A DNA stretch of 64,000 bases. It comes from Patescibacteria group bacterium. GTDB taxonomy: Bacteria; Patescibacteriota; Patescibacteriia; Buchananbacterales; UBA6539. Below are positions 48,629 to 58,127 of the stretch, piece after piece; within the stretch, counting starts at the first letter, position 1, and every line of letters starts with the position of its first letter. The position numbers and the translations under genes are program-made. Below the pieces are notes generated by a model. That model was not told the DNA's origin. It worked only from the letters and a program-made list of their open reading frames with translations, and ran no database searches. Location: NCBI GenBank assembly GCA_041662625.1, contig JBAZSB010000003.1:38552-102551 (forward strand). The letters are read 5' to 3'.

Positions 48629-49834
48629 ATGCCCAATTTTCGCTATAAAGCCACTGATGAAAATAATGAAGAAGTCGAAGGAATTGTTCAAGCTGCTTCG
48701 CCGGAGGTAGCAGCGGATATTCTAACTGATCAAGAGCTGACTATCATTTCTTTGGTGGAAGAAAAGAGCAGTTTTTTGGAGCGTTCTTTAAAAATTTTAA
48801 ATCGAGTGAAAATTAGAGATTTAGTCATTTTTTCTCGTCAGTTGTCAGTAATCGTTTCCGCCACTATCCCTTTAGTCCAGGGTTTGAGGATTTTAGTGAC
48901 CCAGACTGAAAGCACGGTTCTCAAAACTATAATTTCTGAAATGGCTGATGATGTCGAAGGGGGAGCTAAACTTTCTGCTGCCTTAAACCGCCATCCCGAA
49001 GTTTTTAGTGATTTTTTCATCAATATTATTAAATCAGGAGAAACTTCCGGTAAATTAGATGAAGTTTTAAATTATTTGGCTGATCAACAGGAAAAAGATT
49101 ATGATTTAATGTCTAAGATTAAGGGGGCAATGATTTATCCGATTTTTATTTCCTCTGGTTTAGTAGTCGTCGGAGCGTTAATGATGATTTTCGTTATACC
49201 CCAGCTAACTTCCGTTCTGACAGAAACCGGAGCGGAGTTGCCCATTTCCACTAAAATTTTAATTTTTACAAGTAATTTTCTAGCAGCTTATTGGTGGTTA
49301 TTATTGATTGCTTTGGGTCTAATTTTTGGCCTAGGCAAAATGCTACTTCAAACTCAGTCAGGCCGCCACTATTTTGATGTTTTCAAATTGAAAGTTCCTA
49401 TATTTGGCAAACTTTTTCAAAAGATAATTTTGGTTAGGTTTACTCGGAGTCTTTATACTTTGACTACGGGTGGTGTCTCTTTAACTAAAAGTTTAGATAT
49501 TGTTGCCTCAGTTGTGGGTAACGATGTTTATAAAAGATTAATTAAAGAAACGGCCGCTGAAGTTGAAGACGGCAATTCAATTGCCACGGTTTTTTTACGA
49601 AGTAAAGAGATGCCGGTAATGGTTTCCCAGATGTTAAATTTAGGGGAAAAAACCGGCCGCCTTGATGACATCCTCGATAAGTTGTCTAATTTTTACAGTC
49701 GGGAAGTATCTAATATTGTGGCTAACCTAGTTTCCTTGCTTGAACCTTTGATTATGACTTTAATGGGCGTGGCAGTAGCGGTTTTGGTTTCGGCAATAAT
49801 TTTACCAATGTATAGTTTAGCTAGTAGTTTTTAA
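48629..49834 (+). CDS. pilC: type IV pilus inner-membrane platform protein PilC (GspF family)
   Basis: Two T2SSF repeats, three TM segments, typical size of 401 aa. Confidence 0.8.
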   Translation: MPNFRYKATDENNEEVEGIVQAASPEVAADILTDQELTIISLVEEKSSFLERSLKILNRVKIRDLVIFSRQLSVIVSATIPLVQGLRILVTQTESTVLKTIISEMADDVEGGAKLSAALNRHPEVFSDFFINIIKSGETSGKLDEVLNYLADQQEKDYDLMSKIKGAMIYPIFISSGLVVVGALMMIFVIPQLTSVLTETGAELPISTKILIFTSNFLAAYWWLLLIALGLIFGLGKMLLQTQSGRHYFDVFKLKVPIFGKLFQKIILVRFTRSLYTLTTGGVSLTKSLDIVASVVGNDVYKRLIKETAAEVEDGNSIATVFLRSKEMPVMVSQMLNLGEKTGRLDDILDKLSNFYSREVSNIVANLVSLLEPLIMTLMGVAVAVLVSAIILPMYSLASSF

Positions 49835-49857
49835 AATATTAATTAAGATAAATAAAC

Positions 49858-50292
49858 ATGCCTATGTTTAAAAAGAATAAAGGCCGAAAAGGCTTTACTC
49901 TAGTTGAACTCTTAGTCGTTGTTAGTATTATTGGGATTTTGTCGACTTTGTCAAATGTTTCCGTTAATATTGCCCGGGTCCGGGCGCGTGATGCTAAAAG
50001 AAAAGCTGACATGGCTCAGGTTAAACTTGCTTTGTATCTGTATTATGATGACAATCTTCAGTTTCCCGACGCCGATGAATTGCCGGAAAATGCCATTGCC
50101 AATTGGAATAATATTTTAGTCCCGGCTTTAAATGGTAACCCACCTGAATTTGTTTATATGGTTTTAGTCCCTAAAGATCCCCTCAACAAAACCCCTCATT
50201 TTTACGGCTATAATACCCTTAGGAATGATCAAGAGTTTGTCCTTTCTTATTATTTAGAGGATGGCGGCCCGCAAGAGTTTCATGGCTATTAA
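49858..50292 (+). CDS. type IV pilin/pseudopilin (prepilin N-terminal methylation motif)
   Basis: Leader MPMFKKNKGRKG followed by FTLVELLVVVSIIGIL. Confidence 0.7.
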   Translation: MPMFKKNKGRKGFTLVELLVVVSIIGILSTLSNVSVNIARVRARDAKRKADMAQVKLALYLYYDDNLQFPDADELPENAIANWNNILVPALNGNPPEFVYMVLVPKDPLNKTPHFYGYNTLRNDQEFVLSYYLEDGGPQEFHGY

Positions 50293-50294
50293 TT

Positions 50295-50322
50295 TGTTGA
50301 TTTTGTTGTTTTTTGGTATAAT
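50295..50322 (+). promoter_or_regulatory. TG-extended -10 promoter (tTGgTATAAT) for major pilin paralog 1
   Basis: ttttttggtataatat, followed by the strong SD aaaggaaagggggtgaaaaaATG. Confidence 0.45.
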
Positions 50323-50400
50323 ATAGAAAACTGTTGATAACTAATTAAAAAATAAAAATTCGCGTAATAACGCGATCACCAAAGGAAAGGGGGTGAAAAA

Positions 50401-50874
50401 ATGAAGAAAAAAGGTTTTACACTCATTGAGTTATTGGTGGTAATTGCCATTATCGGTTTGTTATCCACCTTAGCGGTTGTGGCTTTGAATTCTGCCCGGC
50501 AAAAAGCCCGGGATGCCAAGCGGGTGGCTGATATCAAACAGGTTCAGACCGCTTTAGAGCTCTACTTTAACGACCAGAATCGTTATCCGGGTTCGGCTGA
50601 ATCAACTGGTACGGCCTATGCCGCTATCACCAGCGCTGTTTTAGGCTCAAGCAGTTATCAATGTTTAGGTACGGTGGGTTGGGCTGCCACAGGTTGTACC
50701 GGAGCTTACATGGGGTTAGTCCCATCCAATCCGACGCCGGTTAATACTGCTGTTGCCAGCTATTATTATTCCAGTACCGCAAGTAACGGCTATTCTCTTA
50801 TTTTTGCTTTAGAAGGCCAAACTGGCGGTTTGGGCGTTGGAGCGCATACGGCGACTCAAGACGGAATTCAGTAA
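50401..50874 (+). CDS. major type IV pilin, paralog 1
   Basis: MKKKG|FTLIELLVVIAIIGLLSTLAVVALNSARQKARDAKR...; strong SD; terminator immediately downstream. Confidence 0.8.
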   Translation: MKKKGFTLIELLVVIAIIGLLSTLAVVALNSARQKARDAKRVADIKQVQTALELYFNDQNRYPGSAESTGTAYAAITSAVLGSSSYQCLGTVGWAATGCTGAYMGLVPSNPTPVNTAVASYYYSSTASNGYSLIFALEGQTGGLGVGAHTATQDGIQ

Positions 50875-50904
50875 TTTTATATAACTCGGAAGCTTCCAAA
50901 TTTC

Positions 50905-50932
50905 AACCCCGCCCTTTTTTAGGGGCGGGGTT
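50905..50932 (+). terminator. rho-independent terminator after pilin paralog 1
   Basis: aaccccgccc-ttttttag-gggcggggtt. Confidence 0.6.
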
Positions 50933-51253
50933 ATATTATAATAAGATTTCAATTTGGGTGAGTGATTTCCCTTACCTTCAGGCGATAACCGTAGCAAGTG
51001 ATAAATTACCAAAACAAAATTACAAATCACATGATAAAATTTTAAGCATCAAATCACAAATATCAAACAAAGTACAATGACCAAAATTACAAATTAAAAA
51101 CGGCCGAGATTGGCATTTTGGATTTTGACCCATTCGGCAAGCTCAGGGTCACCCTGAGTTTATTGAAGGGTGAAAATTGTGATTTGAGATTTGTTTGGAG
51201 CTTGTAGTTTGGAATTTGGTGCTTATTACCCATGACTTCCAGTCGACAGTGGT

Positions 51254-51281
51254 TTGAAAAATAAGTAAAAAATGATATAAT
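51254..51281 (+). promoter_or_regulatory. sigma70 promoter TTGAAA-16-TATAAT positioned for a leaderless transcript of the 51289 gene
   Basis: The -10 hexamer ends 7 nt before the ATG at 51289. Confidence 0.45.
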
Positions 51282-51288
51282 TTAGAAT

Positions 51289-53568
51289 ATGGATTTAGGC
51301 AAAAGCCAAAAGTTTTTTCCAGTTTTGTTTCTGCTCGGTTTAGTAATCCTATTTTTCTTTCCCTACCTGACGGGTGGAAAGATTCCTTATGCTGCTGATT
51401 TGACCGGCAGCGATTTAACCGAATTGGATTTGCCATTACGTTTTTTGGCCAAAGAATCTTTCCAGCAGGGTCAAATCCCACTTTGGACTGATTTATTATC
51501 CAATGGCTTCCCGATTTTAGCCGAAGGTCAGGCTGGCATTTTTTACCCTTTTAATTTTATTCTTTTTAATCTTTTACCTTTTAATCTTGCTGTTAATTTT
51601 ACTTTGATTCTAAATTTTTTTTTGGCTGGGCTGTTTGTTTATTTTTATTGCCGGGTTTTGAAAATTAGCCAAGTCGGTTCGATACTAGCCGCTTTAGCTT
51701 TCAGCTTTAGTGGTTTTTTTATTTTTCGCTTTAAACATTTGAATTTGATTAATGCAGCGATTTGGCTGCCCTTGGAGTTTTATTTGATTGAGAAATATTT
51801 TTTGAGTAAAAGAAGACCGTTGATTATCATTGCCTTAAGTTTGGTTTTTGCCGTTCAGTTTTTTGCCGGCCATGTCCAGATTACTTATATTTCTTTAATG
51901 AGTTGTTTTATTTATTTTACCTTTAAAGTTTGTTTTCATCGGCATGAAAAGATTCGAAAAAAAATCATAGAAGTATTTTTATTTTGGTTGATTGTCGGCT
52001 TCATTACTTTTGGTTTAAGTGCCATCCAATTTTTACCAAGTTTTGAATTTGCCAAAATTTCTGACCGCCAGAGCTGGATCAGCTATGAGAATGCCACATC
52101 ATTTCAATATCATCCGGCTAATTTATTTACTTTTGTTTCACCTTATGCTTTTGGCAATCCAGCCAAAGCCACTTATCAGCAAAACAATAGAGAATTTGGT
52201 GTTTTCTGGGAAAATAATATTTATTTTGGCATTTTGCCTTTGGTTTTTTCTCTAGTGGCAATTTTTTTCTTATTTTTTAAAAGCCGAAAAGTTAAAATTT
52301 TGACATTTCTACTATTAATATCTTTTTTCTTTATTCTGGGTGATTTCAATCCTTTCTTTGGTTTATTTTGGCAATTTATTCCTGGTTTTAAATTATTCCG
52401 GTTTCCCCAAAGATTTTTACTTTTGGCGTTGATTTCTCTAGTGACTTTAAGTGGGCTGGGATTTGATTGGTTTTGGCAGAAAGCTTTGGTCTGGCAATCC
52501 AAAATTAAGTCTGAGATTAAATCTAAATTGTTATTCAAATTTTTGTTACCATTGGTATTAATTTTAATCACAGCCATTGATTTATTTGTGGTTGCTTTTA
52601 ATTATGTTGGCACCTTGGATTATGATGCTTATTTCAATAAACCAGCCAGCGTCGAATTTTTAGAACAAGACCCTGACAACTTTAAAATTCTCAGCCTCCG
52701 CTGGATGGATTCCTGGCAGCGGCTTTATGGCCTGGCCGGTGGCTGGCAAAATAATTTATCTTTATTTATTGCCGGTAGGAATTTGCTGCCGCCAAACCTT
52801 AATGTCTTTTGGGGTATTCCAACGATTGAAGACCGCTCATTATTTGAAGGCGGCTTAGGCGGTGTTGGCCGGTTTTCTCAATACCAAAATATTCTACTGG
52901 GCATCAATCAATCTTTTGAAGATACTAAGCAGATGGCATTTACTGACCAATTTTTGAAACTTTTAGGAGTACAAAACGTTAAGTATATAATTTCCTTTTT
53001 TGATATCAAAGAAACTGATAATCTAAAAGTAAAAAAAGAAGTTAAGCTGGATTTTTTAGCACCTTTGAAGATTTATGAAAATAGTTATTATTTGCCCCCC
53101 ATATTGGCTTTTTTCAAGATTCAAAAAATTAAAAATCCAGATGATATTTTACCGGTGATTTTTAATCCGGAATTTAATCCCGCCGAAACTTTAATTTTAG
53201 AAAATGACGTTGATTATCAAAATCAGGACTCAGAAATTAAAAAGCCTGATATTCAAGTTGATTATGAGCAGGTTAATAATATTAAAATCAATGTTGATTT
53301 TCCCCAAGCCGGATTTCTGTATTTAGATCAGATTTATTTTCCGGGTTGGCAGGCAAAAATCGACGGTCAGCCGGCCGAAATTTTACGGGCCAACTATACT
53401 TTTACTGCTATTCAAGTACCAAGCGGCCAACATCAAATTGAATTTTTTTATCGGCCAGCGTCCTATTTTATTGGTAAAACCATAACTTTATTGACGTTTC
53501 TTGGCTTGTTGCTATATTTAATTTATTATTTTATCTCAAGGAAAAATGAAAAACCCCTTACCAGTTAG
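51289..53568 (+). CDS. large polytopic membrane protein, YfhO-like putative GT-C glycosyltransferase
   Basis: 759 aa, at least 12 TM helices, N-terminal FFPYLTGGK, large periplasmic C-terminal region, single C-terminal TM; architecture of YfhO-family proteins. Confidence 0.45.
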   Translation: MDLGKSQKFFPVLFLLGLVILFFFPYLTGGKIPYAADLTGSDLTELDLPLRFLAKESFQQGQIPLWTDLLSNGFPILAEGQAGIFYPFNFILFNLLPFNLAVNFTLILNFFLAGLFVYFYCRVLKISQVGSILAALAFSFSGFFIFRFKHLNLINAAIWLPLEFYLIEKYFLSKRRPLIIIALSLVFAVQFFAGHVQITYISLMSCFIYFTFKVCFHRHEKIRKKIIEVFLFWLIVGFITFGLSAIQFLPSFEFAKISDRQSWISYENATSFQYHPANLFTFVSPYAFGNPAKATYQQNNREFGVFWENNIYFGILPLVFSLVAIFFLFFKSRKVKILTFLLLISFFFILGDFNPFFGLFWQFIPGFKLFRFPQRFLLLALISLVTLSGLGFDWFWQKALVWQSKIKSEIKSKLLFKFLLPLVLILITAIDLFVVAFNYVGTLDYDAYFNKPASVEFLEQDPDNFKILSLRWMDSWQRLYGLAGGWQNNLSLFIAGRNLLPPNLNVFWGIPTIEDRSLFEGGLGGVGRFSQYQNILLGINQSFEDTKQMAFTDQFLKLLGVQNVKYIISFFDIKETDNLKVKKEVKLDFLAPLKIYENSYYLPPILAFFKIQKIKNPDDILPVIFNPEFNPAETLILENDVDYQNQDSEIKKPDIQVDYEQVNNIKINVDFPQAGFLYLDQIYFPGWQAKIDGQPAEILRANYTFTAIQVPSGQHQIEFFYRPASYFIGKTITLLTFLGLLLYLIYYFISRKNEKPLTS

Positions 53569-55372
53569 TCAATCAAGGAAAAATTTTCTTTTGGCCTGTC
53601 TAGTTTTTGTTTTAGTAATGAGTGTTTATCTTTTTACTTTGGCGCCTTCAATCACCATGGAGGATAGCTCAGAATTAATAACGGCGGCTTATACTCTAGG
53701 TATTCCTCATCCACCTGGTTTTCCCTTGTATGTTTTATTGGGTAAACTGTTTACTTTTATTCCTTTAGGTACTATTGCCTGGCGGGTTAACTTAATGTCA
53801 GCAGTGTTTGGTGCTTTAACCGTTGCTTTGCTTTTTATCATTACCAACAAAATCATCATCAATCGTTTGGTTGCTTTTAGTTTTTCTTTGTTTTTAGCCT
53901 TTAGCTCAATTTTTTGGTCCCAAAGTGTTATCGCCGAAGTCTATACCCTTAATACGTTTTTATTGACGCTTCTAGTTTTACTTTTATTGGCTTGGCAGGA
54001 AAAAAGAAAAGACGGTTTTTTGCTTTGGTTTGCCTTTTTTTATGGCTTAAGTTTGACTAATCATACGATGATGATTTTGCTTGCCCCGGTTTTTGCTCTT
54101 TATATTTTAGTTATTGACAGGAAGATAATAAAAAGATGGCCCTTAATTTTAAAGATGTTTTTGCTATTTTGTCTAGGTTTAACAGTTTATTTTTATCTTT
54201 TTTTGCGGGCTTGGCAAAGAGCGGTTTATAATTGGGGACTAATTTCTAACTGGCATCATGTTTTGGCTCATATCATGCGCCGGCAATATAGTGATTTTTC
54301 TCCTTTGACTAATGCTTATGGTAAAGTTGGTTTAGTTATTTCTTTTTTCTTTGATATTTACCAGCAGTTTTTCCTGCCGACTTTGCTTTTGGCTTTAGGC
54401 GGCGCAGTTTACCTCTACAAAAAGAATCGGAGCTTTTTCGTTTTATCAATGGGCATTTTTTTGTTCAATAGTCTTGGCATAATTTATTTAAGAAAATATG
54501 GCTGGGCTTTGGGGATTGATTATACTTATCGGGTTTATTATCTGCCAGCATTTTTAGTGTTAACAATATGGCTTTCGGCAATCGTGGCTTATCTTTATGA
54601 TTTTTTACGCCAAGCCTTCAAGGCCAAAAAAGTGATTATTTTCCGGATTGTTCAGGTACTTTTCTTTTTAGTTTTACTTTCTTTACCCGTTAGTTTTTTG
54701 GTTGCTAATTATTCAGATTGTGATTTAAGCGACTTTTGGTTTAATTACGATTACTTTAATAATTTATTGGAAAGCCTGGAGCCAAACAGCGTCTATTTTA
54801 CGGCTTACGATGGGAGCTTGCAGGGTGATACGGAACTTTTTAGTCTGATTTATTTTAAAATGGTAGAAAATGTCCGGCCTGATGTTGATGTAGTGACTGA
54901 ACAAAACTTTTTTTATAAGACGGTATTTATGCAGGTGCCAAAAGAATATTTTGCTTTAACTTTTGAGAACCGGCGCAAAGAGATTTTTAATTTACTAAGT
55001 GAAGTTAAAGATCGTCCTTTCTATACTAATTATGCGATCACCTTAGCCAATAATGATTTAGGCTGGTTTAGTTTGGCTAATGGTTATGCTTATAAAATGT
55101 ATCCCAGTTTGGAAGCAGCTAAACAAGCTAGCTTACCCTTTTATGCCCACTCCATCAGGAATTTGGATGAGGTTGACGATTATAGCGATTATCCGACTGC
55201 CGGTTTAGCGGCTCACTATTACTATAATTTGGCTGCTTACTATTTAACCCAGGGAGATAAGAATCGGTCGCAACATAATTTAATCCGGGCTTTTAATTTG
55301 GATACGGCCCCATTCAGTCATGAATATCTCCGTTTTTTGGATTATCGTGTCAATTGGTTAAGTAAGGATTAA
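53546..55372 (+). CDS. DUF2723-family polytopic membrane protein (GT-C/PMT-like glycosyltransferase) with C-terminal TPR-like region
   Basis: Motif SELITAAYTLGIPHPPGFPLYVLLGKLF is characteristic of DUF2723/TMEM260-like proteins; multiple TM helices; start overlaps the upstream gene by 23 nt. Confidence 0.55.
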   Translation: MKNPLPVSQSRKNFLLACLVFVLVMSVYLFTLAPSITMEDSSELITAAYTLGIPHPPGFPLYVLLGKLFTFIPLGTIAWRVNLMSAVFGALTVALLFIITNKIIINRLVAFSFSLFLAFSSIFWSQSVIAEVYTLNTFLLTLLVLLLLAWQEKRKDGFLLWFAFFYGLSLTNHTMMILLAPVFALYILVIDRKIIKRWPLILKMFLLFCLGLTVYFYLFLRAWQRAVYNWGLISNWHHVLAHIMRRQYSDFSPLTNAYGKVGLVISFFFDIYQQFFLPTLLLALGGAVYLYKKNRSFFVLSMGIFLFNSLGIIYLRKYGWALGIDYTYRVYYLPAFLVLTIWLSAIVAYLYDFLRQAFKAKKVIIFRIVQVLFFLVLLSLPVSFLVANYSDCDLSDFWFNYDYFNNLLESLEPNSVYFTAYDGSLQGDTELFSLIYFKMVENVRPDVDVVTEQNFFYKTVFMQVPKEYFALTFENRRKEIFNLLSEVKDRPFYTNYAITLANNDLGWFSLANGYAYKMYPSLEAAKQASLPFYAHSIRNLDEVDDYSDYPTAGLAAHYYYNLAAYYLTQGDKNRSQHNLIRAFNLDTAPFSHEYLRFLDYRVNWLSKD

Positions 55373-55411
55373 GACTCTTTCCCGCAAAAGCCTTGGCTCT
55401 TTAAAATAATG

Positions 55412-55440
55412 TTTACTAAGGTTTAATATTTTGGTATAAT
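55412..55440 (+). promoter_or_regulatory. promoter TTTACT-17-TATAAT (TGg-extended) for major pilin paralog 2
   Basis: gTTTACTaaggtttaatattttggTATAAT, then the strong SD aaggaaaggaggtgaaaaaATG. Confidence 0.5.
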
Positions 55441-55508
55441 AAAATAAAGAATAATTACTTGATATAATTAAACTAAAAACCAAAAAGACAAGGAAAGGAG
55501 GTGAAAAA

Positions 55509-56048
55509 ATGAGAAAAACGAAAGGTTTTACTCTGATTGAATTATTGGTAGTAATTGCCATTATTGGGTTACTTTCTACCTTAGCCGTCGTGGCTTTAAA
55601 TTCCGCCCGAGAAAAGGCAAGAGATGCCAAGCGGGTGGCTGATGTAAAACAAGTTCAAACTGCTTTAGAACTTTATTATAATGATGCCGAGGGTTATCCG
55701 CCGGTTGCCAATGTTGTCACATTGGGTGCTAACGGTGCTGATTGTGGTGGTGCAGATTGTTTAGTTTTATGCCATGGCACAACCGATGACGGGACTGATG
55801 GCATTGTTAGCCAATCTTCTGATTGTGATGACGGTGCTAATATTTATATGGGTTTATTGCCGGCTGCTCCGGTACCACCGGGTGAGAATTCCTATGAATA
55901 TGAATCACTTGGTGACGGTGCCGCTTGCGGTAGTAGTGGTGAACTTAGTTGTCCGACTTATGAGCTGACTTTTACTTTAGAGAAGCCAACTGGTTCTTAT
56001 ACAGGCACGGCCTGTGTCGCGACGCCTGATGGTATTACTTGCAGCTAA
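55509..56048 (+). CDS. major type IV pilin, paralog 2 (Cys-rich C-terminal domain)
   Basis: MRKTKG|FTLIELLVVIAIIGLLSTLAVVALNSAREKARDAKRVADVKQVQTALELY. Nearly identical N-terminal 55 aa to paralog 1, with diverged synonymous sites. Confidence 0.8.
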   Translation: MRKTKGFTLIELLVVIAIIGLLSTLAVVALNSAREKARDAKRVADVKQVQTALELYYNDAEGYPPVANVVTLGANGADCGGADCLVLCHGTTDDGTDGIVSQSSDCDDGANIYMGLLPAAPVPPGENSYEYESLGDGAACGSSGELSCPTYELTFTLEKPTGSYTGTACVATPDGITCS

Positions 56049-56084
56049 AAATCAATTTGTAAAAAATTAGTTATTATAACCAAT

Positions 56085-56115
56085 AACAAAACCCCCAAAG
56101 GTGAGGGGTTTTGTT
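56085..56115 (+). terminator. rho-independent terminator after pilin paralog 2
   Basis: aacaaaacccc-caaaggtga-ggggttttgtt, then T-rich sequence. Confidence 0.6.
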
Positions 56116-56145
56116 ATTTATCAACTTTCAAATCTCAAAATTAGT

Positions 56146-56174
56146 TGCCTTATTTCGCGGCGCGGGGTAAAATT
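56146..56174 (+). promoter_or_regulatory. candidate promoter TTGCCT-17-TAAAAT for pilD
   Basis: Read directly from the sequence between the terminator and the pilD start. Confidence 0.3.
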
Positions 56175-56181
56175 AAGATGT

Positions 56182-56931
56182 ATGGAAGCTCTATTTGTTT
56201 TATTTTTTGGTCTAGTAATTGGTAGTTTTTTAAATGTCGTAATTTGTCGTTTGGGCCATAAAAAATCATTTATTGCGGGCCGCTCGGCTTGCCCGAAGTG
56301 TCACAAAAAAATTGTTTGGTATGATAATATCCCTTTGCTTAGTTACCTGATTTTGCAGGGTCGTTGCCGTCAATGTGGCAAAAGTATTTCCTGGCAGTAC
56401 CCTAGCGTTGAATTAGCTACTGCCATAATTTTCCTTTGTCTTTTTTTAAATTTTGGTTTATCTGCCCAATTTTTTGTTGCTTTGATTTTTAGCAGTTTTT
56501 TGTTAGTGATTTTTGTTTATGATCTTAAACATTATTTAATTTTGGATCAAGTTATTATTCCGGCGGCAGTAATTGCTTTTCTGGCTAACATTTTTTTAGG
56601 CTTTAGTATTTGGAGTTTAATTATAGCCGCTTTGGTTGGCGCAGGATTTTTTGCCCTACAGTTTATCGTCTCCTCAGGGCAATGGGTCGGTGATGGTGAT
56701 ATACGTCTTGGGGCTTTGATGGGTCTAATGCTTGGTTGGCCGCTTTTACTTGTTGCTTTATTTCTAGCTTATTTGATTGGTGCAATCTTTGGCTTAATTT
56801 TGATTGCTTTAAATAAGAAAAAGATGTCTTCACAAATTCCTTTTGGTCCATTCTTGAGCGGGGCAACATTTTTGACTTTTATTTATGGCCAAGATTTATT
56901 AAATTGGTATTTTCATTTAATCTATTTTTGA
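56182..56931 (+). CDS. pilD: prepilin peptidase PilD (A24 family) with N-terminal Zn-binding CxxC...CxxC domain
   Basis: MEALFVLFFGLVIGSFLNVV start; CPKC...CRQC; peptidase A24 TM core with conserved Asp residues. The ORF-track start at 56101 lies in the terminator hairpin and is rejected. Confidence 0.75.
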   Translation: MEALFVLFFGLVIGSFLNVVICRLGHKKSFIAGRSACPKCHKKIVWYDNIPLLSYLILQGRCRQCGKSISWQYPSVELATAIIFLCLFLNFGLSAQFFVALIFSSFLLVIFVYDLKHYLILDQVIIPAAVIAFLANIFLGFSIWSLIIAALVGAGFFALQFIVSSGQWVGDGDIRLGALMGLMLGWPLLLVALFLAYLIGAIFGLILIALNKKKMSSQIPFGPFLSGATFLTFIYGQDLLNWYFHLIYF

Positions 56932-56934
56932 TTT

Positions 56935-57564
56935 ATGTTCACCCCGCAAAAGAAATCAGGCTTTACTTTGGTTGAGTTGTTAGTTTCAACTGCCATTATG
57001 ATGATGATTTTTAGTTTTGTTTTGGCAAATTTTCGGGCTGGGGCAAGGAGCGGAGAAATCGATGTGGCTTTGAAACAGGTGATTTCGGGAATCGGGTTGG
57101 TTCGCAATTTGACTTTAGGGGGGCAGACAGTTGATAATCCGACTCCACCGCCGGATCAAATTTTTCCCCTTGGCGGCTATGGTATTCATTTTGACAAAAA
57201 TCCCACCCAATTTATTTTATTTAATCTGACTGTAGCTGACAGTAGTTATGAGTCGGGTGATGGCGTAATTTTAACCAATGGCTTAAAAAAATTTGATGAT
57301 GTTGATTTTATTCAATTTTGTGGATCAAATAGTATTGAGAGTTTGCCTTGCCAGTCGCCAGACTGGAAAGATTTAAAGCATGGCGGTGATGATTATCTTG
57401 AAATAATTTTTCCTGCCCCCGGAGAATTTTTTGCCAATTATCCTGATCTTGGGCAGGATTATGATTATGTCGGCGGAATTATTCAGCATAAAAAAACATT
57501 TCGTCGAGCTTATTTTTTATTTTCTTTAACCTCCGGTTTGCTAAGTGGAGATTTATTACAATGA
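56935..57564 (+). CDS. minor pilin/pseudopilin (prepilin-type N-terminal cleavage/methylation domain)
   Basis: MFTPQKKSG|FTLVELLVSTAIMMMIF. Confidence 0.6.
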   Translation: MFTPQKKSGFTLVELLVSTAIMMMIFSFVLANFRAGARSGEIDVALKQVISGIGLVRNLTLGGQTVDNPTPPPDQIFPLGGYGIHFDKNPTQFILFNLTVADSSYESGDGVILTNGLKKFDDVDFIQFCGSNSIESLPCQSPDWKDLKHGGDDYLEIIFPAPGEFFANYPDLGQDYDYVGGIIQHKKTFRRAYFLFSLTSGLLSGDLLQ

Positions 57565-58127
57565 GTTTAACCAATTCTCACAAAGGTCAAAGTTTAATGG
57601 AAATGATTGCCGCAATTGCAATTTTATTAATTGTGGTAACTGCAATTTTGGCTTTGACTATCTCTAATATCGTCGGTCAAAAGGAAAGTGAATTTCAAGT
57701 TTTGGCTAATAATCTAGCGCGGGAGGGGATAGAAGCGGTCAGAGATATCAGGGATTCTAATTGGCTTGGTGGCCAAGCTTGGGATACAGGCTTACAAAGC
57801 GGCGAAGCAATTGTTGATTTTATTAAAGCGGAGAATCATTGGCAGCTTGATTCTACTAGCTGTAGTGGCAATGATTTACTCTATTTTGACCCTGCTAGTG
57901 GCTTTTATAGTCATGATAGTGATGGTCAAAATTCTAGTTTTTCCCGTTGCCTAGATTTGAGTAGTATCTGTTTGGATAGTGATGGCAATGAATATATTGT
58001 TGCCGATAACGCTTGTAATAGTGATGATCAAAAAATTGGTTTAAAGGTTGAAGCTAAAGTTACTTGGCTAGAGCGGGGTAAGCATAGAGAGGTTCAACTT
58101 GATGATTTAATTTATGACTGGAGATAA
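57561..58127 (+). CDS. minor pilin/pseudopilin (PilV/GspI-like N-terminus)
   Basis: ...HKGQSLMEMIAAIAILLIVV. Confidence 0.5.
   Translation: MSLTNSHKGQSLMEMIAAIAILLIVVTAILALTISNIVGQKESEFQVLANNLAREGIEAVRDIRDSNWLGGQAWDTGLQSGEAIVDFIKAENHWQLDSTSCSGNDLLYFDPASGFYSHDSDGQNSSFSRCLDLSSICLDSDGNEYIVADNACNSDDQKIGLKVEAKVTWLERGKHREVQLDDLIYDWR

Noticed and set aside
51149-51481. 110-aa minus-strand ORF overlapping the promoter and start of the YfhO-like gene
   Set aside because: It overlaps a well-formed promoter and the 5' end of a long membrane-protein ORF, and has no supporting features.
56101-56181. GTG start of the pilD ORF at 56101
   Set aside because: It sits inside the rho-independent terminator hairpin of the pilin gene. 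The PilD N-terminus MEALFVLFFGLVIGSF begins at 56182.
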